64,000 nt of DNA from an uncultured Alphaproteobacteria bacterium (GTDB taxonomy: Bacteria; Pseudomonadota; Alphaproteobacteria; Sphingomonadales; Sphingomonadaceae). Under the pieces are notes generated by a model. That model saw only the letters and a program-made list of their open reading frames with translations. It made no database searches and was not told the origin of the DNA. This document shows, one piece after another, positions 22,202-30,733 of this stretch. A program made the translations under genes and the position numbers. Location of the stretch: the NCBI GenBank assembly GCA_963824825.1, contig CAWGQM010000003.1:189638-253637 (forward strand), given 5' to 3'. Each line of letters starts with the position of its first letter. Positions within the stretch are counted from its first letter, which is position 1.

Positions 22202-23956
22202 ATGGAACTCGACATAGCGGTGATCGGCGGCGGCTGTGCCGGGACCTACAGCGCGTGGCGGCTTCAGCAGGAGCTTGGCAGCGAGAACAGCATCGGCCTG
22301 TTCGAATATAGCGACCGGATCGGCGGCCGGCTCTATTCGGTGACGGTGCCCGGGGTGCCCAACCTCAAGGCCGAACTGGGCGGCATGCGCTACATCCAGG
22401 AATCGCACAAGATGGTCGCCGACCTGGTCGAGCACCTCAAGCTCGCCACCCGCGACTTCCACATGGGTGCCCCCGATCCGATCGGCGCCAATTGCAACCT
22501 CTTCTACCTGCGCGGGCGCCATCTCAGGCTTCACGAGCTCGCCGATCCCGACAAGGTCCCCTACAACCTCGCCTGGTCGGAGCGCGGCCTGGGGCCGACC
22601 AACCTCCAGATCCAGGCGATGAACAACCTCTATCCGGGCATGGCCGATCTCAGCCTGTGCCAATTGATGAAGCTCAAGGTGTTCGGCCGGCCGCTGTGGA
22701 AATACGGCTTCTGGAACCTGATGTTCCGGGTCCTCTCCAACGAGGGCTATCAGTTCATGAAGGACAGCGGCGGCTACGACGCCAACGTCGCCAACGCCAA
22801 TGCCGTCACCCAGCTGCCGGCCACCGAATATGGCGACGACACCGAATTCCTGACGCTCTGCGAGGGCTATCAGCATCTGCCGCTCACCCTTGCCCGGCTG
22901 TTCGACGAGGAGAAGGGCGGCAAGCTCGCTCCGGGCGAGCGAATCTACAAGAATCACTGCCTGACCGAGATCGCCGCCGGCGACGCAGAATACCGCTACC
23001 TGCTCCACTTCCGGCCGACGGTGACGACCGACGCACGGACCGCGATCGATGAAAGCGCCGCTCCGCTCACCGTTCGAGCGAAGCGGATCGTGCTCGCGCT
23101 GCCGCGCCGCTCGCTCGAGCTGGTCAAGTGCGGCATGCTGGACCGCAACGCCGACTATCTCGACGATCGCAACTCCGTCCTCATCCAGAGCGCGTTCAAG
23201 CTGTTCCTCGCTTACGAGCAGCCCTGGTGGCGAACCCTCGGCCTGGTCGCGGGCCGCTCGGTCACCGATCTGCCGATGCGCCAGATCTATTATTTCGGCA
23301 CCGAGGGCGAGCAACGGGGCGGCGAGCCGTTCCTCAACTCGCTCGTCCAGGCGAGCTACAACGACATCTCGACCGTCCCGTTCTGGAAGGGCCTCGAAAA
23401 AGGCAAGCCCTATGCCGGCTACATGCCGGCCTGCGTCGAGCCCGGAGTGACCGATCCGATCCCGGTCACCGAGCACAAGGCCACCCAGGAGATGGTCGAG
23501 GACTGCAACAAGCAGATCGCCCAGGTCCATGCCCTGCCCGAAATCCCGATGCCCTATTCGGCGGTCTACCACACCTGGAACGAGGACCCCTATGGCGGCG
23601 GCTGGCACGAATGGAAGGCGGAATACAGGCTCGACCGGATCATGTGGCGGATGCTGAAGCCCGTCGCGAGCGAGGACATCCATATCTGCGGCGAGGCCTA
23701 TTCGATCGGCCAGGGCTGGGTCGAAGGCGCCTTCTGCACCGCCGAGCAGATGCTGGAGAGCCATTTCGGCCTCAAGCGGCCGCGCTGGCTCGACTCCGAT
23801 TACGCGCTGATGCCCTGCCCCGAGGGCGGCTGCGACTCCGTCGCCGGCGACGATGACGATCCCGACCTCTGCGTCGCTACTCAGGACACGGCCGAGCTGA
23901 TCGAGCAGCTCGACGCGCTGACTCCGAGCTGCCTCGCCACTCGGGACATCAGCTGA
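22202..23956 (+). CDS. Flavin amine oxidase / L-amino-acid oxidase family protein
   Basis: IAVIGGGCAG, FEYSDRIGGRL, AELGGMR, WNEDPYGGGW, ICGEAYS..QGWVEGA. Confidence 0.88.
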   Translation: MELDIAVIGGGCAGTYSAWRLQQELGSENSIGLFEYSDRIGGRLYSVTVPGVPNLKAELGGMRYIQESHKMVADLVEHLKLATRDFHMGAPDPIGANCNLFYLRGRHLRLHELADPDKVPYNLAWSERGLGPTNLQIQAMNNLYPGMADLSLCQLMKLKVFGRPLWKYGFWNLMFRVLSNEGYQFMKDSGGYDANVANANAVTQLPATEYGDDTEFLTLCEGYQHLPLTLARLFDEEKGGKLAPGERIYKNHCLTEIAAGDAEYRYLLHFRPTVTTDARTAIDESAAPLTVRAKRIVLALPRRSLELVKCGMLDRNADYLDDRNSVLIQSAFKLFLAYEQPWWRTLGLVAGRSVTDLPMRQIYYFGTEGEQRGGEPFLNSLVQASYNDISTVPFWKGLEKGKPYAGYMPACVEPGVTDPIPVTEHKATQEMVEDCNKQIAQVHALPEIPMPYSAVYHTWNEDPYGGGWHEWKAEYRLDRIMWRMLKPVASEDIHICGEAYSIGQGWVEGAFCTAEQMLESHFGLKRPRWLDSDYALMPCPEGGCDSVAGDDDDPDLCVATQDTAELIEQLDALTPSCLATRDIS

Positions 23957-23957
23957 C

Positions 23958-25679
23958 GTGGCCGCCCCCTCCTGCACCGTCGCCGATTATATCCTCGCCC
24001 GGCTGAAGCAGGCGGGCCTCGGCCATATGTTCGCGGTGCCGGGCGATTATGCCGGGCCCTTCCTCGAGGCGCTCGACGCCGATCCGGACATCGTTCGCGT
24101 GCCGACGATCAACGAGCTCGGCTGCGGCTATGCGGCGGACGGCTATGCCCGCTTCGCCGGGATCGGCGCCGCCTGCGTCCAATATGGCGTCGGCGGATTC
24201 AGCGCGCTCAATTGCGCGGCCGGCTCCTGGGTCGAACGGGTGCCGGTGGCGATCATCTCGGCGAGCCCGGCGACCGACGCCCGCCTGCTCGAGCGCCAGC
24301 AGCGGATCCTCTTCCACCATTCGACCGGCGACCTCGACGCCGATCGCAGCGTCTACGACGAGGTCACGGTCGCCGCCGAGATCGTCACCGACCCGAGCCT
24401 CGCGCCCGCGCAGATCGACCGCGCGATCACCGCCATGCTCACCTTCCACCGCCCGATCTATCTCGAGGTCGCTCAGAACGTCTGGGCCCAGGCCTGCGCC
24501 GAGCCCGAAGGCACGCTCGCCCCGATCGCGATCGGCTGCAACGCCAAATTCCTCGCCCGGGCCGTCGCCGCCGCCTGGGGCCTGATCGCGGGCGCTGAGG
24601 CGCCGGTGCTCTGGTTCGGGGTCGAGATCCAGCGCTACGGCCTGCAGGCGCTCGCCCAGAAGCTGGTCGACGTCAGCGGCCTGCCCTTCACCACCACGAG
24701 CCTCGGCAAGACCGTCCTCGACGAAGCCCAGAGCGCCTTCATCGGCACCTATGCCGGGCCCGCTTCGCCGCTCTGCACGCGCGAGGCGATGGCGGCGTGC
24801 GATTGCCCGGTCGCATTGGGGGCGATCATCACCGACGATTATCTCAACATCATGGCGTCCAGCTATGGCGAGATGATCGCGGTCAACGACCAATATGCCC
24901 GGGTCGGCGACACCTATTTCGCCCAGGTCACGCTGGCCGGCTTCCTCGAAGGGCTGATCGAGCGCTGCGAGGCGGACGCCGCCTTCCCGCGGACATGGAC
25001 CCCGGTCGACGTCGGCGACGAGGATGAGGAGCCGGGCCCGCCCGGCCAGCTCACCTACAACCGGCTCTACCGCCAGCTGACGGATTTCCTGAAGGCGCAG
25101 GACCTGCTCGACGAGAGCGTGCTGGTGCTCGGCGAGAGCACCTCGCTCTACGTGTTCGGCAATCTGTTCGGCCTGCCGCGCGACAGCTTCGTGGCGCAGG
25201 CGGCGTGGGGATCGCTGGGGCACGAGACCGGCTGCGCGCTGGGCGTGGCTCTGGGATCGGGCAAGAGGCCGTGGGTGGTCGCCGGCGACGGCGGCTTCAT
25301 GATGATCTGCCAGGAGCTGTCGAGCCTGGCGCGGGCAGGGGTCAACGCCGCCGTGTTCGTGATGAGCAACAAGGGCTATGCGATCGAGCAGGCGTTCGTC
25401 GACATCAAGGCGTTCACGCCCGAAGGCGAATTCGCGCCGTTCGACGTGCTGCCGTCATGGGATTATCTGGCCCTCGCCAAGGCGTTCGGCGCTCAGGGCT
25501 ATCGAGTCGAGACGATCGACCAGCTCGCGGCGGCGCTCGCCGAGATCAAGGACCTTACGGGCGTTCCGGCGCTGGTCGAGGTGGTGATCCCGGAAAAGGA
25601 CCTCGCGCCCCAGCTCGCCCGCCTGGCCGCGCCGCCCCCGCCGCTGCGCAAATATGGGCGGAGCGGACCCGCGACCTGA
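23958..25679 (+). CDS. ThDP-dependent 2-keto-acid decarboxylase (pyruvate/indolepyruvate decarboxylase family)
   Basis: FAVPGDY, NELGCGYAADGYAR, ILFHHS, RPIYLE, WGSLG, GDGGFMM ... N ThDP motif, WDYLALA. Confidence 0.9.
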   Translation: MAAPSCTVADYILARLKQAGLGHMFAVPGDYAGPFLEALDADPDIVRVPTINELGCGYAADGYARFAGIGAACVQYGVGGFSALNCAAGSWVERVPVAIISASPATDARLLERQQRILFHHSTGDLDADRSVYDEVTVAAEIVTDPSLAPAQIDRAITAMLTFHRPIYLEVAQNVWAQACAEPEGTLAPIAIGCNAKFLARAVAAAWGLIAGAEAPVLWFGVEIQRYGLQALAQKLVDVSGLPFTTTSLGKTVLDEAQSAFIGTYAGPASPLCTREAMAACDCPVALGAIITDDYLNIMASSYGEMIAVNDQYARVGDTYFAQVTLAGFLEGLIERCEADAAFPRTWTPVDVGDEDEEPGPPGQLTYNRLYRQLTDFLKAQDLLDESVLVLGESTSLYVFGNLFGLPRDSFVAQAAWGSLGHETGCALGVALGSGKRPWVVAGDGGFMMICQELSSLARAGVNAAVFVMSNKGYAIEQAFVDIKAFTPEGEFAPFDVLPSWDYLALAKAFGAQGYRVETIDQLAAALAEIKDLTGVPALVEVVIPEKDLAPQLARLAAPPPPLRKYGRSGPAT

Positions 25680-25952
25680 TCCGCGATTATCCCCCTGCGC
25701 CAAGGAAGTCTATTAGTAGATGTGTAACGAGGCGGGCGGCGGTCAAGCCGCCCGCCCCGGCGTCACCGGAAGAACCTAATCCTCGGCGACAACCTCGTAT
25801 TGACCGGCTTTCGAGACAGCTTCCTGAGCGCCCGCGCACATCGGATCAGTTGGCGCAGCTGGTCGCGCAGATCGCCGCGCGCCAGATAGGGGAGCCGCCT
25901 TACGCGCACCCGCTGGCCGCGATCCCGAGGGCCGGTTCGAATGAGATTAAAT

Positions 25953-26033
25953 CGTCATTCCAGCGCAAGCTGGAATCTCACTTCTTCATGGGCACTGAAA
26001 GGAAAAGAGATTCCAGCTTGCGCTGGAATGACG
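25953..26033. repeat. CGTC-type REP doublet inside the IS
   Basis: CGTCATTCCAGCGCAAGCTGGAATCTC ... GAGATTCCAGCTTGCGCTGGAATGACG. Confidence 0.85.
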
Positions 26034-26336
26034 GTGTTTCAATCTCAACGAAACCAACTCGCAGATGATCGGACAGGCGGCGGCGGATCGTCAGGCGCAC
26101 GGGCTCTCTCCCTGCCCGGCGCTGGTGCCGGGTGGATCACACGTGAGAGCCCGAGGGATCACGCCCCGCGTATTCCCCCGAAGGGTATTGTATTCCGCGA
26201 GCCGCCCGACAGAGGCGGACTCGGACTCGGCGCCCGAACGCGCACCGCTGAGGCGTGTGATGACCCCAGCGGCGGGGCGGAGATACGCTTGTTGTTCTGA
26301 CTCTGCAATCGGAAGGGGACGGGCTAAGCTAGAGAC

Positions 26337-27398
26337 ATGCGGAAGTTCTTCGCCCGCCTTAACCCTCATGTTCAAACCGCAGCCGGATGGCTGGCGGTTA
26401 TCGGCACGATCATGAGCGGGGTTTACGCCGCGCTCTCCAAAGGGGCCGCGCTCTTTGGCGAACTGAATTGGGCGGAAGCGATTCTGATCGGCATTGGCCT
26501 AACGCTCGCTACCGGCCTTGCAGTTACGGCTTTGCTCGCGATGGGGGCCTATGCCTTCCGCCTCATTCGCCCGCTCGCTCCCGCCTCGGCCTACGAGGCG
26601 CTTCCGGAGTTGGACCACGAGCTCGCCCCGTATGAGGACGCGGCGCTGAAGGATCGAATCGCCTCGCTCGAAGCCCTTACCAAAAAGGTCGCCGAAGTGG
26701 CCGACGGCATCATGAAGAGCCAAGGCGAAGTGAACGATAGTGTCACTGAGCGCATTGATGCTGCTGATGCCGCTGCGAAGGGTGCGAGGGCCTATGCCGA
26801 GGGCCTTGGGGTGAGCATCAGGGACCTTCTCGAAGGGCAAGCCGAGGCCCGCCGTGAACGGCAAGTTTTTCAGGCAAGGATGGAAACCTGGGTCGGCAAT
26901 TTGCAGCGGAAAATCCGGTACGGCCTTGTGAGTGCCGATAATGCTTTCGCGGCGATCCTAGACCGGGAGAACATGCAGAAATTGGCCGCCAAAATCGAAG
27001 TCGTTCGGGACGAATTATCAGGCCCGACAGAAAAAAAGGAGCCGATGGGGGACAGGAACGCTTGGCTGGCAAAATATGGCGGGTGGTATCGGAACCTAGA
27101 GGCATGGGCGCGGCTCGGGGAGAAGCACAGGCTCGGCACCATCAAGCGCGTCTTTGCCATTACCGACAGCGATTATGAGGGAACGTGGGAAGCGACCGAC
27201 GACCTGTTTTCAAGCTCCATTGACGTTCACAAATACAAGACGTTCCGCATCTACTCGCGCAACTTTTTCGCTGAGCGGGAGGCCGTGGAAAGGTGCGTAG
27301 AGCAGGCCGCTTTCGTGCATCCGTCGCAAAGGCCGCAGCCCGTCCTAGACGAGGAAGACGACGACGATCAGCCGTACATCCCGCCGCCAAGGACATAG
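26337..27398 (+). CDS. IS passenger: hypothetical protein with two N-terminal TM segments and a coiled coil
   Basis: Intact 353-aa ORF with non-host codon usage; hydrophobic segments near residues 15-35 and 45-75; heptad-like region LKDRIASLEALTKKV. Confidence 0.75.
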   Translation: MRKFFARLNPHVQTAAGWLAVIGTIMSGVYAALSKGAALFGELNWAEAILIGIGLTLATGLAVTALLAMGAYAFRLIRPLAPASAYEALPELDHELAPYEDAALKDRIASLEALTKKVAEVADGIMKSQGEVNDSVTERIDAADAAAKGARAYAEGLGVSIRDLLEGQAEARRERQVFQARMETWVGNLQRKIRYGLVSADNAFAAILDRENMQKLAAKIEVVRDELSGPTEKKEPMGDRNAWLAKYGGWYRNLEAWARLGEKHRLGTIKRVFAITDSDYEGTWEATDDLFSSSIDVHKYKTFRIYSRNFFAEREAVERCVEQAAFVHPSQRPQPVLDEEDDDDQPYIPPPRT

Positions 27399-27455
27399 CA
27401 ATGACCGACGATCCCAACGCCCGTTTCGACAAGCTGTTGAAGGCCATGGCCCCGC

Positions 27456-28334
27456 CTAGCGGGCGAAGGAGGCCATCATCCGATCCAGCATCAGGTGAGG
27501 CACCGCCCGCATGTTCCAGCGATACTCAAACTCCCCCAGATACTTCGGAAGATGCTTCCCGCTGACATGAATGTGAGTGCCGTTAATCCCGCGCTTCAAC
27601 TGCGCCCAGAAGCCCTCCAGGGCGTTGACCCCGCCACCGGCTTTGGAGGCGTATTGGCCGCGATTGTGGTTCACTTTGAGGTGGCGATAGCCCTTCTGGT
27701 CAATGTCCTTGTAGCCACCCATTTCGTCCGTGCAGATCGTCGTCCCCGGCAAAATCTGGCCGAGGATCAGTTCGTGCATGGCCTCTTTCGTGCGGCGGGT
27801 GATGACCCCCGAAACCAGCTCGCCGCCCCGCTCCAGCATCCCGACAACGATGGTCTTGTTCCCCATGTAGCCGTTGCCCATCCCGCTCACGGAGCCGCCG
27901 ACAATCGTCTCGTCGATTTCGACAAAGGAGCTGGGGCCGCCCATCGGATCGTCGCTGTCGAGGCTCGCCATATAGGCGCGGATTTGATGGCACATGCGCC
28001 ATGCGGTCTTGTACGTGACGCCCAATTCCCGCTCTATCCGCTTGGCGGCAACGCCGGCCCGCGTCGTGGTGAAAAGGAACATCACATAGAACCAGTCGCG
28101 AAGGCCGGTGCGGGTGCGCTCAAACGGCGTCCCGGCTGTCGGGAAGACTTGGTGGCCGCACCAATTACAGGCGTAGGAGCGGCGCGCTTTGACCCGGTAG
28201 AAGCGGGCCATGCGGTCGCACCCTTCGCACTCATGCTCGATCCCGTAGCGGGTCCGCATAAGGTGATCGAGACACAATTCCTCAGTCGGGAAGCGGTCCT
28301 GAAATTGGCGAAGCGTCGGGAGTTTCGTGCTCAT
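27456..28334 (-). CDS. IS1595-family (ISXO2-like) DDE transposase
   Basis: Zn ribbon CEGC ... CNWC, TAGTPFERT, ELGVTYKTAWRM, VEIDETIVG, ICTDEM, VNH, NALEGFW, YLGEFEYRWN; promoter TTGGCC-N17-TACAAT just upstream of the ATG. Confidence 0.95.
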   Translation of the reverse strand: MSTKLPTLRQFQDRFPTEELCLDHLMRTRYGIEHECEGCDRMARFYRVKARRSYACNWCGHQVFPTAGTPFERTRTGLRDWFYVMFLFTTTRAGVAAKRIERELGVTYKTAWRMCHQIRAYMASLDSDDPMGGPSSFVEIDETIVGGSVSGMGNGYMGNKTIVVGMLERGGELVSGVITRRTKEAMHELILGQILPGTTICTDEMGGYKDIDQKGYRHLKVNHNRGQYASKAGGGVNALEGFWAQLKRGINGTHIHVSGKHLPKYLGEFEYRWNMRAVPHLMLDRMMASFAR

Positions 28335-28566
28335 ACATATTGTATAGCAGAGGAGTTCCTTGGCCAAAGGGGATAAACGCCGACCTGATCCGGATCGGAC
28401 TCAACGGGGCGCGGCGGACCCGGTTCGGCGGTTTTCCGGCACCGTCTGCGGCGCCCGGCTGGCGGGCTCAGCCATAGCGGATTCATTTCGTCATGACCGG
28501 CTTCGACGCCGATCATAAACTCTCCGTTGCCGGACCGCACCGGCCTGTAAAAAACGGAGAGGTAAG

Positions 28567-28836
28567 ATGAAGAAGCTCAGCATGTTCCGCCGCATCGCCG
28601 TCATCGCGACTGCTTCCTTTGGCATCGCGGCGCTCAGTTCGTCGGCGCAGGCGCAGCCGGACCCGTGCCACCAATATGCCTGGTACACCTGCTCTTACGA
28701 CGAGCAGGGCAGACCCATCCAGGTGACCTACGAATGCTATTCCTATTATTACGATCTGTGCTCGGGAGGGGGCGGCCTGGCGGCGCTCGACGCCTATACG
28801 CGCCCGGCCGCGCTCGCCGCTTTTGCGCGCGACTGA
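28567..28836 (+). CDS. Small secreted Cys/Tyr-rich protein
   Basis: RBS GGAGAGG; signal peptide ending AQA; four Cys and eight Tyr in the first 36 mature residues. Confidence 0.75.
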   Translation: MKKLSMFRRIAVIATASFGIAALSSSAQAQPDPCHQYAWYTCSYDEQGRPIQVTYECYSYYYDLCSGGGGLAALDAYTRPAALAAFARD

Positions 28837-28911
28837 GGGCTCAGCGCGGTTCCGGCCTCAGGGTGTATCGACGTTCAGCGCGATCCGCCGAAATTCGGTA
28901 CAGCTTGAGCT

Positions 28912-28996
28912 CGTCATGCCAGCGAAGGCTGGCATCCATGCGACGTCGGCGTTTCGCACGAACTCGGCATGGACCCCAGCCTGCGCTGGGGTGACG
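28912..28996. repeat. CGTC-type REP doublet
   Basis: CGTCATGCCAGCGAAGGCTGGCATCCA ... TGGACCCCAGCCTGCGCTGGGGTGACG. Confidence 0.85.
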
Positions 28997-29024
28997 AGAT
29001 GGGAAAAGCAGGGGAAGACCGCTT

Positions 29025-29414
29025 TCAGCGCGGCCGTTCGACCAGCGGGCCGTCGCCGTGGAAGCGCGGCGCCCATATACGGAGCTCGGCGACGAACACG
29101 CCGCTCGCGATCGCCGGGTCGGCGGCGAGCATCGCCCGCGCCTCTTCCGCGCTCGCGGCGCGGACGATGGCGAGGCCGCCGTCCTCGCTGACATAGCCGC
29201 CGCCGGCGAAGCTTCGCCCCTCGCTCAGCAATCGGGCGTGATAGGCGCCGTGAGCGCGCAGGTCCTGCTCGCGCATCGGCCGTCCCGCCTGCCAGGCGGG
29301 CCCTGGGCGATAGAGGAACAGGAAGAGCTGTCGCGGCGCGCTCGCGGGCGGGTCCGGCTGGGCCGGCGCCGGCGCGCCGACCAGCATCAGAATCAGGAGC
29401 AGCACCGCCTTCAT
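29025..29414 (-). CDS. YciI family protein with signal peptide
   Basis: AHGAYH, FAGGGY, GGLAIVRAASAEEARAMLAADPAI. Confidence 0.8.
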   Translation of the reverse strand: MKAVLLLILMLVGAPAPAQPDPPASAPRQLFLFLYRPGPAWQAGRPMREQDLRAHGAYHARLLSEGRSFAGGGYVSEDGGLAIVRAASAEEARAMLAADPAIASGVFVAELRIWAPRFHGDGPLVERPR

Positions 29415-29451
29415 CGCGCCAACATGACCGATCGGCCGGCGTTAATCTACC

Positions 29452-30729
29452 TCAGACCGCGACCCAGTCCCGCTTCAGCCGCCGCGACGCGACCAGGTAG
29501 AAGGCGGCGCTCAAGAGGTAGAAGACGAGCCCGTAGAGGATCGAATATTGGAGCGAGTCGGCGCCGTGCGCCTCGGTCATCGCGTCGGACATGAAGCCCA
29601 GGAAGAAGATGCCGAAGCCGATGCCGATCAGATTGTTGATGAACAGGAAGCTTGCCGAGGCCGTGGCGCGCATGTTGGGCGGGACGATGTGCTGGACCGC
29701 GGCGATGACCGGGCCGAGCCAGGCGAGCGCGAGCATCTGGCCGATCGCGAACAGGATCCAGCCGAGCCAGAGCGAGGGCGCGAACAGGCCGAGCGCGAAG
29801 ACCGGGGCGGCGATCAGGAAGCAGATCGCGGGCACGCGCGCGTAGGAGCCGGGGTCGTCCGGCCCGCTGCGATCGCCGAACCAGCCGCCGAGCCAGGTGC
29901 CGGCGACTCCGCCGACCAGGACGATCGAGCCGTAGAACCAGCCGACCTCGGCGAGCTCGAGCCCGAAGCTTCGGCTGAAGAAGCTCGGCAGCCAGAAGAT
30001 CAGGCCGTAGCCGAGGATCGAGCCGGAAGCCGCGCCGAAGGAGAGCAGCCAGAAGCTCGGATTGCGCGCCAGCGCGGCGGCGACCTCGGGGAAGGGCGGC
30101 GCGGGCGCGCTTGCGCCGCCGTCGGCGCTGTCATGCCCGCCGCGCACCGGCTCTGTTATGCCGAGCTTGACCATGAGCGCCGCAGGCAGCCCGGCCAGCC
30201 CGACGATCAGGAAGGCCGAGCGCCAGTCGAGATGGCTCGCGATCCAGCCGCCGAAGAAGACGCCGAGCGCCGAGCCGATCGGGATGCCGAGCGAGAAGAA
30301 GGCGAGCGCCCGCGCCCTCTTCTCCTTGGGATAGAAATCGGAGATCAGCGCGTAAGAGGGGGCGACTCCGCCCGCCTCGCCGATGCCTACGCCCATCCGC
30401 GCGAGGAACAATTGCCAGAAATTCTGGGCGAGGCCGCAAGCCGCGGTGAACAGGCTCCACAAAGCGACCGAGCCGGCGATGATGTTGACCCGGCTCCGGC
30501 GATCGGCGAGCCAGGCGATCGGGATGGCGAGGCCCGAATAGAAGAGCGCGAAGGCGATCCCGCCCATCAGGCCCATCTCGGTGTCGCTGAGGCCGAGCTC
30601 GGCTTTGATCGGGATGCTGAGGACGCCGAGGATGTTGCGGTCGACGAAATTGAAGATGTAGGCGAGGAGCAGGATGACGAGGACGCGCCCACCGCCGGCC
30701 GTCTTGTTCCTGCTCCCCGCGCCGTCCAT
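29452..30729 (-). CDS. MFS transporter, spinster-like
   Basis: YIFNFVDRNIL, AWLADRRSR, LARMGVGIGEAG, ISDFYP; about 12 TM segments. Confidence 0.92.
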   Translation of the reverse strand: MDGAGSRNKTAGGGRVLVILLLAYIFNFVDRNILGVLSIPIKAELGLSDTEMGLMGGIAFALFYSGLAIPIAWLADRRSRVNIIAGSVALWSLFTAACGLAQNFWQLFLARMGVGIGEAGGVAPSYALISDFYPKEKRARALAFFSLGIPIGSALGVFFGGWIASHLDWRSAFLIVGLAGLPAALMVKLGITEPVRGGHDSADGGASAPAPPFPEVAAALARNPSFWLLSFGAASGSILGYGLIFWLPSFFSRSFGLELAEVGWFYGSIVLVGGVAGTWLGGWFGDRSGPDDPGSYARVPAICFLIAAPVFALGLFAPSLWLGWILFAIGQMLALAWLGPVIAAVQHIVPPNMRATASASFLFINNLIGIGFGIFFLGFMSDAMTEAHGADSLQYSILYGLVFYLLSAAFYLVASRRLKRDWVAV

Positions 30730-30733
30730 CCGC

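Larger units (their letters stand above)
25682..28381 (-). mobile_element. IS1595-family element carrying passenger DNA (about 2.7 kb)
   Basis: Terminal IRs CGCGATTATCCCCCTGCGCCAAGGAAGTC and (revcomp) GGCGTTTATCCCCTTTGGCCAAGGAACTC, 23/29 identical; flanking direct repeat GACCTGATC (25673-25681, 28382-28390); boundary ambiguous by about 1 bp. Confidence 0.88.

Noticed and set aside
28567-28836. RiPP biosynthetic cluster
   Set aside because: No modifying enzyme, peptidase or ABC exporter adjacent; a Sec-type signal peptide is present
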